A DNA stretch of 64,000 nt from Leucoraja ocellata (taxonomy: Eukaryota): the NCBI GenBank assembly GCA_036785375.1, contig JAWMAR010000056.1:4526001-4590000 (forward strand), in the 5' to 3' direction. Below are positions 50,935 to 63,411 of the stretch, one piece after another. Made by a program: the position numbers and the translations under genes. Position 1 is the first letter of the stretch. Each line of letters starts with the position of its first letter. The notes beneath the pieces are model-generated. The model did no database searches. It saw nothing but the letters and a program-made list of their open reading frames with translations, and had not been told where the DNA came from.

Positions 50935-51977
50935 TTTAATTGGCTTGGTATAAATGTAAATTGTCCCTTGTTTTGTGTAGGATAGTGCTAGTGTACGGGG
51001 ATTGGTGCGGACTTGGTGGGCCGAAGGGCCTGTTTCCACGCTGTATCTCTAAACTAAACTAAATTTCATAGTTACAATCTTTCACTTTATACAGATACAA
51101 TCTTTGCAGCAACCTGTTGTTGTATTTATAGTTGCTTGCATCATCACCATAAACTACCCTGAGCTTCATGCGAACAAGGAATTTCATTTCACCTGGTGTA
51201 TATGACAGTAAACTAACCTGAATCTGATTCAACAAATAATTTATAGTCGATTAATTCCTGTGCAGGTGATCTTTCTGCCTAACAGACAGACGTGAGAATC
51301 AATTAGTAGACATCAAAGTCCCCCGGGCAGCAGTGAGATCATTTGGATTAGCAGTGTTATATGTTCATAAATTCAAATGTTCTCGGAGCAGAATTAGGCT
51401 ATTCAGCCCATCTACTCCGCCATGGCTGATCTATCTTTCCTTCTCAACTCCAATCTCCTGCCTTCTCCCCATAACCCCAGACACCCATACTAAACAAGGG
51501 ATTGTCCGGAGGTAGATGGTAGGAGTGGAGAGGTCTGGTATGGGGGAGTTGCCTAGAACATAAGAACACAAGAAATAAGAGAAGGAATAGCCATTTGCTG
51601 TTCAATAAAATCATTGACTGATCTTTTATGTCATCGCTACTTTCCTGTACTGACCTCATTTTTCTGATTCTCCCAATACCACAAAATACCATCACCCTTT
51701 ATCTTGTATGTATTTTATACTTGGGTAGAGAATTCTGAAGATTCACAGCTCTCAGGGGATGGAAATGTCTTCTTAGCTCATTCCCGAAAAAGCTGGCTAC
51801 TTATTCTGATGTTGTGGCTGTTGGCTTCAGGCTCCCCAGCCAGGACAACCTCAGCCTGCACCTACCATGTCAAGTTTTGTAAGAATTATGTACGTTTCAA
51901 TGAGATCCTCTCTCACTCTGACCTAACTGAAGAATACACACTTGGTTTGTATCAACTTTGCTCCAATGACACTGAGT

Positions 51978-52070
51978 TCCATAGATGCTGCTGCACCCGC
52001 TGAGTTTCTCCAGCATTTTTGTGTCCATAGATGCTGCTGCACCCGCTGAGTTTCTCCAGCATTTTTGTGT
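51978..52070 (+). repeat. 46-bp tandem duplication of a Penelope-derived unit
   Basis: ccatagatgctgctgcacccgctgagtttctccagcatttttgtgt occurs twice, and the region is flanked by ctttgctccaa at 51956-51966 and 52073-52083. Confidence 0.85.
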
Positions 52071-55000
52071 ACCTTTGCTCCAAAGACTAAATTTGTTCAT
52101 CGCAAATATTGCCTTCCTTAAGCCAAAAGTCAAGAGTGTTTTGTTGTCAAAATGGAACAATGAAATCCTTACTTGCAGCAGGAGCACAAGAGGTTTGTAA
52201 ACCCAGTGGGGGGACTAGATGTATTCCAAGCGGAGACCTACCAGAGTCCAATGTAATTATAGAACGGAATTTTTCATGTTGTACCTGTATTCGAATGATC
52301 ATAAATTCACCAACTAGAAAGCGATCCTGACCTACCATCTACCTCATTGGAGACCCTCGGTCTAAATTTAATTGTACTTCACTGGACTTTATCTTGCACT
52401 GAACATCATTCCCTTTATATTGTATCTGTTGTACAGCTTTATTGTCATTGCGTCTATTCTTTCCGCTGACTGGATGGCACGCAACAAAAAAGCATTTTGC
52501 TGTGCCTCGGCCCACGCGACACTAAGCTGAACTAAGCTGAACTACACTAGAAAAATTAAACTAAACTAAAACCAATGTACCGTTGAGTAAGAAACCTAAA
52601 TGTAAATCTAAACCTAATGCACTCTGTGATTTGGAGCTCAACCACAGGGAGGAGCCAGTTGAAGAGAGCCTGATGGTGAATTTTCCTGTGGTGGCCCATT
52701 ACCACAATGGGTCCTGACTCATTTCTTAAAGATCATCAAGGCTCCAACATCGGCTGATTCCAGATATGGATAATGAGTTCATGGATTTATGACTAACATT
52801 CTTCACCGTCAAGATTTAGGCCTTCAGTGGGGGATCCAAAAGCCTTATATTTAAGTTGGATATATTGCCTTCTCCATTTCAGTCAGGGGTGGCATCGAGG
52901 CTAGCTTAAATAGGTTGCTGTAAGATGGAGCCCAGAGCACTCTCATCAAAGAAGAATCATAGTTCTTCAAAGTATTCCCACTGACTGCTGTCCTTGGTGG
53001 GTTCACCCTGGTTCATTTCCCTCATTGAATTGGGGCTTGGTGTTTGTAGTGGTTTATTATTGTCATGTGTACAGTGGAAAAGTTTTTTGTGCTATCCACT
53101 TAAATCAAACTGTAGATTGACACAAAGTAACTCAGCGGGTCAGGCAGCATCGCAGGAGAAAATGAATAGGTGACGTGTTGAGACCCTTCCCCACTATACA
53201 TGAGTATAATCAAGCATTACACAAGTACAACAGGCAACACAAAGAGAAAATAGTGCTGAATACAGTGTTAAACGTTATAACTACAGAAAAAGTGCAGATT
53301 AAAAAAAACTGCAAAGGCTGCAATGAGGTAGGTTGGAAGATTGGGTTCTACATCCTTAGCTTATGTGAGGTCTGTTAACAGCATGTAAGAATCTGTTCCT
53401 GAATCTAGTAGTGCATGATTTCAAGCTTTTGTATTTAATGCCCTACGGGAGAGGGGATGACCAGGGTGTAAATAGGCCTTGATGGTGCTGCCTTAGATGT
53501 TTGGACCTTAGATGGCTTTTACAAAATGCAAGAGCCCATGTATGTCGTGGCTGTCAACAGGTTACTGAGTCTCCTGGCCTCACTCCATCCACCATCTGTG
53601 CCTCAGGTCACAGGTTACACAGTCAATGAACCGCAGCCCTCTGCATCGGTCAGCTGTACTTGTTTTGGCATTCCTCCACGCTCGCTCGCTCGATTCCTCA
53701 AGTTCATTCCAATATTTATTTATTGTTCTATCCACCCAGCATTATCGCACTGTCCAAAACTGGAACATCTTGCATACTGTGGTACATGTTCAAAGAACTC
53801 TGGAGAATAGCGCAGAAGTACAGAGGCACACATTCACACCTTGATGTCTGTCGGCTGTGGGTGAATTGGTAGCACTTTCCCCTCTGGGACAGAGGCTACA
53901 TGTCCCCCTTCCCAAAAGAAAGCACAGAAACATACTGAGGAAGGGTTACAGGGACGACAGCTTAGGTGGAACATGCAGGAAGATGAATTGACGTGTCACC
54001 TTACACTTAAACTGCTCCAAAAGACAATAGACAATAGGTGCAGGGATAGGTCATTTGGCCCTTCGAGCCAGCACCATCATTCAATGTGATCATAACTGAT
54101 CATCCCCAATCAGCACCCCGTTCCTGCCTTCTCCCCATATCCCCTATCGGACTTTACTGGCTTTATCTTGCACTTGGAGGAGATGTTGATTTTAGGATTT
54201 ATATAGAAATGATTTTATTTAATCCAACTTCATTGACGCATTTAAATGGAGAGGTCATCACATGTAATTGCAGAGTTATAGACAGGTAAACACTCATCAA
54301 TATTTAGATAGAGAGTAGCCAGAAGGAACTGCAGGTTTCTTGGACGAGTCACACCAAGGACGAGTCACACCCCGGCCACTCCTTCTTCTCCCCTCTCCCT
54401 TCGGACTAAATGTACAGAAGTGTGAAAATGCACATCTTCAGATTCAGGGACAGTTGCTTCCCAGCTGGTATTAGACAACTGAAACATCCTACCAACACCC
54501 TGAACTACTATCTACCTGATTGAAGACCCTCGGACTTTACTGGCTTCATCTTGCACTATACACTATTCACGTTACTCCATTTATCATTACTCTATTGTAT
54601 TTGTGTATTATCTTTCCGCTGACTGGTTAGCACGCAACAAAAGCTTTTCATTGTACCTCGGTACACATGACAATAAACTCAGCTGCAAGTTTACAAATAA
54701 AGACACTAAATCAGTCTGAAAAAGGGACTTCTACCCGAAACATCACCTATCCACATTCTCCACAGATGCTGCTTGACCCGCTGATTTATTCCCACAATTT
54801 GTGGCATGTTTCACTCATGAATATTTCTGCCTCTCCTGTCTTCTGATAAACGTACCAGATCTGGCAGCATTAGATGCCATTAACCAGCAGGGTTATATAT
54901 TCAAGCAGGAATCACTGGAGGATGGAGAAGCAGGAGACTAGGCAGATATCCGGCCCTTCCTCTCGTCATTCACAACCAACCATGCTCCCTTCTCCTGAGC

Positions 55001-58000
55001 GCAAGTGTCGCACCTGAACTGCTCTCGTATAGAGGATGAATGAACTTGGAGATTCACTGGAGACTAACCTCAAGAACCAGGTGCATGTTATTACTGCAGT
55101 GGTGGAACAGAGGCGCAGCGGTAGAGTTGCTGCTTACAACGCCTACATCGCCAGAGACCTGGGTTCGATCCTGGCTTGTCTGCATGGAGTTTGTACATTC
55201 TCCCCGTGACCACCATGGGTTTTCTCCGAGAACTTTTGTTTCCTCCCACACTCCAAAGACGTACAGGTTTGTAGGTTAATTGGCTTGGTGTAAATGTAAA
55301 AATTGTCCCTGGTGTAGGACATAGAAACATAGAAACATAGAAAATAGGTGCAGGAGTAGGCCATTCGGCCCTTTGAGCCTGCACCGCCATTCAATATGAT
55401 CATGGCTGATCATCACAGGACAGCGTTAATGTGCAGGGATCGCTGGTCGGTGCGGACTCGGTGGGCTGAAGGGCATGTTTCTGCGCTTTGTCTCCAATCT
55501 AAACAAAACTAAACCAGGTGCACGTTATTACTGCAGTGTTAATGTCAGTGCAATGCAATACCTGTAGTTCCGAATTCATATCTGCAAAATGTAAGGCTTA
55601 GAACATGTAGAGATCATGACATGTTGTTGTGCAAGGAAATGTATTCAGAGAGTCAGTTCTCAGACAACCTGCGGAGAATGTCTTATTTCATAAACCATAA
55701 ATAAAGGATGTAGCAGGTAGAAAGGCTGCTGCTGATTGCACTGTGGATGGAGACAGCGTATTAGCTCTGTAGATGTCCAAAGTAATCCTGCATCCTCAGA
55801 CTTTGTAGCAATACCACATCATAGCAGCCACATGTTGAAAACTCTCAATTGGAGTTAAACCCTTCTTTATTTTTGTTTCTATGCTGTTGCACGGTTTATT
55901 AATGGAATAATATTTAGCACTGATGTGTCGTAGCACACACATTTGTTATTAACGAATTAAATGCAAGAAGTGGCTCGATGAGGGAGTAATTCACTTCATG
56001 TAATATGTGTTATCTTTATTATTTTAAAAAAGGATGTTTAGATCTTTTTTGTACGTGAAGAGACAGATATTTTTCTCTGCAATCCCCCTATGGGGACTGT
56101 GTTTCAAAGTACTTAATTATAGTCAATGTTGCATTTAGAAAAACATCCACTTATGAATAGCATTATATCAAAATTAACTTAATCGTTGTGAAGGAAACAA
56201 TTGTGCCTGTCAGCTGCCTGCAGGAGAGAAGTCAGCACCTGTACCGGAGTTGTCAAATTCCTATACATGCCTTTTTAAAAAAAACCTCTAATTGATCCCT
56301 CACACATAAAAGAGACATGTTTAATCTTGCTTTCCTTTATAGTGAAAAACTTTTCACGTTAATTAATGCCTTGAATCCCACTTGTTGCAAATGTTGTGTA
56401 GAGTCCATCTCCACGCCCGGCATACCCTTAATTGTTACCCCCCCCCCTTTTATGTGCACATTATCTGATTGGCAATGATGTGATGGGATTAGTAAGTCTG
56501 ACTTGATATGATCGGCAATGCAAAGTTACAGTCTAAAGGCACTGTGGATGGTGGGAGAATGGGGTAAAGGCAGGGTGCAGTGTAGAGATGCATTGTATTC
56601 CTTCCTCTGTAACTTCTGTGTGGGCCGAAAGTGGTTTTCATGGGTTAGGCCTAAAACACAAGTAATCCTCCAGGAGGAAATTTTAAATCTGTGAATATGT
56701 TCCAAAAAAATGACAGAAGTTATGTTTCCACTCTCGAAAGTTATCTGTGGCCTCCGAAAATCTGAAGAGAGTGCCAGATCTTGGAAACATCGGCATTTTT
56801 GTTCAGACTTTACTCAAAAATAGTTGTTCTGAAGTTGCACAAATGCCTTTCTAAACAAAATGGTTTGGATTATTATTTCAGCATTGTGGGGTTTGGGTCA
56901 GACAGGCATGCAGAAGACACTGGGGGTGGGGGTCACTTGCCGGATGATTGCAAACAATGAATTAAATAACTGTAATGGAAGAGTCTACTTGAATTGAAAT
57001 TGCATTTTTAGCTTTAACAGCAGGGAAGCAGGCATTTCAGCCCACCAAGTCCATGCCAACCATCGATCACCCATTTACACTAGTTCTACCGACTAGTTCA
57101 ATCCATTCCCTGCAGAATGGTCAATTTATAGAGGTCAATTAACCTGCAAGCCCACACGACTTTGGGTTGCGGGAGGAAATCGGAGCACCCAGAGAAAACC
57201 AACGCAGTCACATGGAAAACATGCAAGCTCCACACAGATAGCATCCATAGTCAGGATCAAACCTGTGTCTCTGGCGTGTGAGGCAGCAGCTCTACCGCTG
57301 CGCCACTGTGCACGTGAGCTTTCAGTCGGAAATATAATGGCGTACTCAATGAAATCACAGTCACGAGCAAAATCACAAAGCAGCCAGCATAATTCGCTTA
57401 TCTCTTCTGGAAATAGTTTGTTTTTAGTTTCCTAATGCTAGATTGACTGAGTCAAGAGTCAAGAGTGTTTTATTGTCATATGTCCCGGATGGGACAATGA
57501 AATTCTTACTTGCTGCAGCACAACAGGATATGTGAATATGTAAACATAGTACATAACAGGGAGAAGAGAAAAGAAAGAAAAGAAAAACAAAAATAAACTG
57601 CATTATTTATTGCAGTGGAAATGAAGCATGCCTGCATGCATGTATGTGATGCTAACATGGCTCTCTGACAGCTAGAAAAATGTTTCCTCAAGATTTAAAG
57701 TAATGCAGTGGCAGCTCAGTCATGTTCCAGCTCTACTTCATGCATTTCTCAGCTTAAAGGAGCCTCATTATTTTGTTGGGGTGGATGGTTGATATGATAA
57801 TCCAGCTTGTACAAGGGATGGATTTCCTCTCTGTGAAGTTCATAGTCCTTTTTTTTATATTAAAGGTTATTGGAGTTTTGTGGACAAAATTAATTGACAA
57901 GCTTTTCCACTATGATGTAAAACTCAGTAAAGTACCCATTTTGAATCTGCCTCTGTAGCTATTTTTAAAGGGAATTAAATTATGAACTCATCTTGTGAGA

Positions 58001-58894
58001 ACTTTGGTATCAACACTGCATCGGCTCAGTGGCATATTACGTCGCTCACTGTTGGATAACGTTGAAAGGGCTGTTTGTTTACTTAGGGGACTATCAGATC
58101 TGAGTGTTGGAAATGCTTCTAACAACACCCCTATAATTTAACCTCAATTAATTTGTTTGAAGTTAATTGCACAATTATTTGTAATTTACTGTACAAATTT
58201 TAACTCTTGATGTATAACACTTGAATTAACGAGAAACTTTACAAAGGTACAGGTACTGTACTATCTTAGTAAAACACTTGTTATAATCAGTTTGAGGCAG
58301 CACAGTGGCCCATTTGGTAGAGCTGCTGCCTTACAGCACCAGAGTCGCAGGTTCGATCCTGACCTCGGTTGCTGCCCATGTGGAGTTTGCACCTTCTCAA
58401 TGTGACCGCGTGGGTTTCCTCCGGATGCTCCGGTTTCCTCCCACCCCCCAAAAACGTGCGAGTTTGTAGGTGAATTGGCCCTCTGTAAATTGCCTCTAGG
58501 GAGTGCATGCGAAAATGGGATAACATCAAACTAGCGTGATTGGTTGATCGATGGTCAGCATGGACTCAGTAGGCCGAAGGGCCTGTTTCCATGCTATATC
58601 ACAAAAACTAAAATTGAACAACTCTCTGAAGGGGAATTGACTCTTTTGTAAGTTGGCTGCCATCTTCTCCTTGGTACTATTTTCACTGCGAATGCTCAAC
58701 TGATGCATTGACTGATTGACTGGTGCCCATGAAGGAAGTGTCCCATTTGCCATTTGTCACAACAGAATGCATCAGTGGTCGTTGTGAACTCTTACCAATA
58801 ATTTGCAATTCAACAAAACCAGAAGCATTTGTTTTTAGCCTCAACATATTGGAGGGAACAGTCTATTGACCTAACCTATTTGGACCTAACACTT

Positions 58895-59200
58895 TAATTT
58901 AGTTTAGAGATACAGCGCAGAAACAGGCCCTTCAGCCCACCGAGTCTGTACCGACCAGCGATCCCCGCACGTTAACACTATCCTACACTAGGGACAATTT
59001 TTACATTTACACCAAGCCAATTAACCTACAAACCTGTATGTCTTTGGAGCGTGGGAGGAAACCAAAGTTCTCGGAGAAAACCCACGCATTTCACGGGGAG
59101 AAGGTATAAACTCCGTACAGACAGCACCCACAGCCAGGATCGAACCCGGGTCGCTGGCGCTGTGAGGCAGCAACTCTACCGCTGCGCCACTGTGCCGCCC
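58895..59200 (-). mobile_element. V-SINE (HE1-like), well preserved
   Basis: Complete head to tail. Another copy at about 60400-60714(-). Confidence 0.9.
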
Positions 59201-61759
59201 TTAGCCCTTAACACTAATGAGGTGGATCATTCTTTAATGCCATTTTATAATTTCCCACAACAACCATCATTTGCCCTTTATAATTCAAATGGCCAAGATA
59301 GTGTCAATTAGTGCGGTCTTGAGGTCAGCTTTCTGTTTTTTTTTTTTTGCTGTCTTTCCCAACACCTGGATTGGGATTGGTGAAAATCATTTTGCGTTGG
59401 ACACTCAGAGCCAGCAGAAACTCAGCGGGGATTTGCAGCAAATATATTTCACGATCCATTTTATTTTTAACAGCCAGTAAATCTCAGGGTCTTTGCCAAG
59501 CCATTGCAAAATAGCAATTGTGGAAATATGGAAACTAAGATGCCATACAAGTATGAGAAACTGCAGCCAAATTTTAATTTGGAACTTCAAAATCAGACTG
59601 TTGCCATCTGCTCCAGACCCAGAGCCAAGTTGCTTGACAGCTTGGCTCATTCTTCATTTAAGCCAGCAGTCGTTTAGATCTTTCGTTAACAGAGGAGATT
59701 CATTATACGCGTCACCCCAATTTATTGATGTACATTTTTATGGAACTGCTCGATTCCAATTTTCAAACCTACAGCAGCTGCTGGATCAGTCCAAATGAAA
59801 CCCTACACGTTTCCTGTGTGTGTGGGTCTAGACAATGTGTTCTAGCCTGTTTTTAACTGGAGATCGAGCCAGTCATGTCCTTGCCCACTTCCTGTATATG
59901 CACATTGTCTAGCACACCTTCTACTTGTATAGTGTCCTTAACCTTGCAACAATGTTCCTGGTGCTTCTCTCTAAAACTGATCCATGTAAGGAGATATTAG
60001 AGCAGATGACCTCAAAAACATTGGAACAACCGTGGTCCCACAAACATTTTTGTCTACCTGCATTTCAATGTTCAATATGATCATGGTGGATCTATGCTGG
60101 CCCCAACTTCTTTTCTGGCCAGTTCCCCGAACCCTTAATTCCTTGGTCTTTCAAGTATTTATCCACCTCCACCGTCCTCGGTGGAGATAACTTTAGAGAT
60201 TCACTACCCTCTGACAAAAGGGATTTCAATGCACCTCAGTTTTGCATGTCCGGCTCCTTATTTTTTAGCCTTGTCTTCTCATTCATGAGTCTCCAACTCA
60301 TGAAAACTCATGGAAAAGGGGCTGTACAATGATCTGTAAAAAAATTAACGTGACTGGACACCAAACGTTACAGGACACATTGGACAACTTTCCATTATTC
60401 GTTTGGTTTAGTTCAGTGATACAGCGCGGAAACAGGCCCTTCGGCCCACCGAGTCCACACCGACCAGCGATTCCCACACACTAACACAAGCCTGGTAGGG
60501 ACAATTTACATTTTTACCAAGTGTACAAACCCAAGCCAATTAACCTACAAACCTGCGCGTCTTTGGAGTGTGGGAGGAAATCGAAGATCTCGGAGAAACC
60601 CCTCGCAGGTCAAGGGGAGGATGTACAAACTTCCGTAGTCGGAATCGGACCTGGGTCTCTGGCGCTGCAAGCTCTCTAAGGCAGCAACTCTACCACTGCG
60701 CCACCATGTTGCCCATTGTGTAGACATTGACCATTAAAAAAGTAAACATCGAGAAATAAAAGGAGTAGTCAGCTCTGGGGCCCAACGCGAGTTTGCTTTG
60801 CCCTTCAATGACATTCTGGCTGAAACTTAGTCACATTCCAACCAAGTAACTATATTCTCTGGTACCCTTGGATATGCTCAAAAGCGGAGCATGCACAGTA
60901 CTCTTAGGAGACAGAATTCCAACGATTTAACACTCTCTTTGTGAGGAACATATTTCTCATCTCAGCCCTAGATGGCCGACCCATTATTATGAGCCTTTGC
61001 CGCCCAGTTCCACACTGGATAGTGCCTCAGAATCCCGGATGTCTCAATCAGATCATCTTTTATTCTTTGTAACTCCAGTGAGTGTAACCCACAAAGTGCA
61101 GGTCAGTCTTCATTATATAACTGCCGAGTCCCAGAAATGAGTCTTGTGTATCTTTGCTCAACTGGCTACAATGAGGAGAATAAACTGCCATCTATATTGA
61201 TCAGAACGACATCTAGGTTTGTTATAAGTGGCTTCACCAAATCCCTGCACAAACATCAAGACGTCCTTATCGTTGTACTCACACCCTTGCAATAAAGGCT
61301 GACATGCCATTAGCCTCTCTAACTGTTTACAGTACTTGCATGATTTGTTTATTTTGAGATCTCTGAACCAGCTCACCAAGATCCCTGTGTATACCATTAT
61401 CTACTGCTTTCTCACTGTCGAAAAAAAAAATTACATTTTCAATTATTCCTGCTAAGGCCTCCAATCTCAAATCATACCTCTCCCCTTCACGTTTATCTGC
61501 ATAAAACTATTTTTAAACTCACTGCATGCTTGCCGAAACTCATCTTCACACACAGATTTGTGTGATCAGCGCTGATACTTATTCCTGCAGTGCTTCACCA
61601 GCCACAGCTTATCGTCTGATTCCCACTGTCCTCTGCTTTCTGCCCTGTAACCAACCCTCCATCTTGATAATACACGAAACCCCAACTCCATGTATCCCTT
61701 TTTTGTTAAAACATAGAACAGTACAGGCCAGGAACAGGCCCATCGACACATGACGTCTG

Positions 61760-62265
61760 TGCCGAAAGGCTTTGGCTATGCAGGTAGAGGTGATACCGAA
61801 GGGATACAAGGATGCGAACAGTGGAACTAGTAGCATGATTAGGCTGGGGGAGAGGGGGGAAGGGAGGGAATGCAAGAGTTACTTAAAGGCAAGGGCCTGT
61901 CCTACTGTATGAGGTAATTTAAGAGCTCTCCCGAGTTTAAAAAAAATCAAACTCATGGTAAGTACATAGAATGTACACAGCTGCTACGTTGGAGCTCGTG
62001 GATGTCTCGTAGCGGCTCGTAATGCTAATGGCAGATACTCTAGAAATGCAGTAACTCGTGAAGGGCTCTCGTGGAAAAATGTCCACGGGAGCCCTGAGTA
62101 CCTATAAACGGCTATTACCGTAATTCTCCGAGTTCGAATCAGAGGAAACTCGGGAGAACTCTTGAATTAGCTCGTACAGTGGGACAGGCCCTTTAGAGAA
62201 ACCAGCGTTTATACCGCTGGATTGTAAGCTGCCCAAGCCAAATATGAGGTGCTGTTCCACCAATT
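61760..62265 (-). mobile_element. Penelope-like 3' fragment interrupted by the MITE
   Basis: ttactt(a)aag..ttagagaa..ataccgctggattgtaagctgcccaagc is colinear with 43051-43139. Confidence 0.7.
61892..62192. mobile_element. Second, diverged copy of the same Harbinger-type MITE, inside a Penelope fragment
   Basis: AGGGCCTGTCC...GGGACAGGCCCT termini, interior colinear with 10171-10500, TTA on the right (62193-62195). The left TSD is degenerate. Confidence 0.8.
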
Positions 62266-62700
62266 CATTCATTCATTCATCATCGTTGAAAACATTTATG
62301 ACACAGTGGTGCTGGTTTCCGACAGGAACGGTGACGGACGCACCACACATCTCTGTCCTCCAGTTCCTGCGTACTTCCGCCACTGGAAGTGTAGGATTTT
62401 GGTGTGTGTGCGCGTTTTATCATCATTCCTTACAATGGTACAGTTATGTACAATAGTGATCGCAACTTCTACTGTTGTGCGGATGGCCGTTGGCTCGCTA
62501 GAAGCTCATCCACCCTTTGACAGGTCTTGTTTTTGGCCCTGCTGGGGGTCCACAGCCCCCTCCTCACCTGGCAATCCAAGTGCGGGAGACAGTTTAGTCG
62601 CCAACTATTCAACCATGGGGCAGGTAGCACGCATTACATGGCACCCGTGGCGGGGGGAACTCCCCCCGACCTGACACAGGACCTTTCACCAAGGCACCAG
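62266..62700 (-). mobile_element. Probable non-autonomous RTE/RTE-X-like retroelement
   Basis: (TGAA)n tail, a short ..ELEDRDVW.. remnant and a GC-rich 5' portion. No TSD recognised. Confidence 0.4.
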
Positions 62701-63411
62701 GCATTACTCCAAACAACATGCCAAATGAGACCATGATGATTCTTACTGTGTTTCTCCACCTCATTCTCAATGGACATGCATCACTGGTAAATCAAGCATC
62801 TATTTCCCACTCCTAGTATATGGAGAAATTGGAGGTGAGCCATTCTCTTGAATGTTTGTAGTTCTTACAGTGGAGGTACTCCTGCAGTATTATTAGGTTA
62901 ACAAAAGTTCCAAGGCTTTGACCTGGTAACAAAGAGATTTGGAAAGTTTAAACTGCCCTCGTGGCTCGTGAGGAGATACAATAATTTTTACATGAGGTGC
63001 TCCTGTGGTATGATAAATTCAAGAGTGTTTCATTGTCAGATGTACCAACATTGGAATAATGACATTCTTACTTGCAGCAGCACAACAGGCCTGTAAGCAC
63101 AGCACACATAGAGAATGTATAATAAACACTAAATTAATAACTCTAAAACTGGTGCAAAAATGCCTGAAGTCCTTTGTGCAACCAAAGGCAGTCCATACAA
63201 GTTCACAGTTGAGGTTAGTGTTGTGTAGTGTTCAAAAGCCTGATGGTTGTTGGGAAGAAGCTATTCTTGTACCCGGTGGTCACAGTTTTCTTCACTTTTA
63301 GACTTAAGAGATGTGGTACGGCCCACTGAGTTCATGCCAACCAGCAGTCACCCCATACACTAGCACTATCCCACACACTAGGCACAATTGGTAATTTTAC
63401 CAAAGCCAATT

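Noticed and set aside
62590-62690. HDV-like ribozyme at the 5' end of the RTE-like element
   Set aside because: A possible P1 helix exists, but I could not assemble P1.1, P2 and J4/2 by eye.
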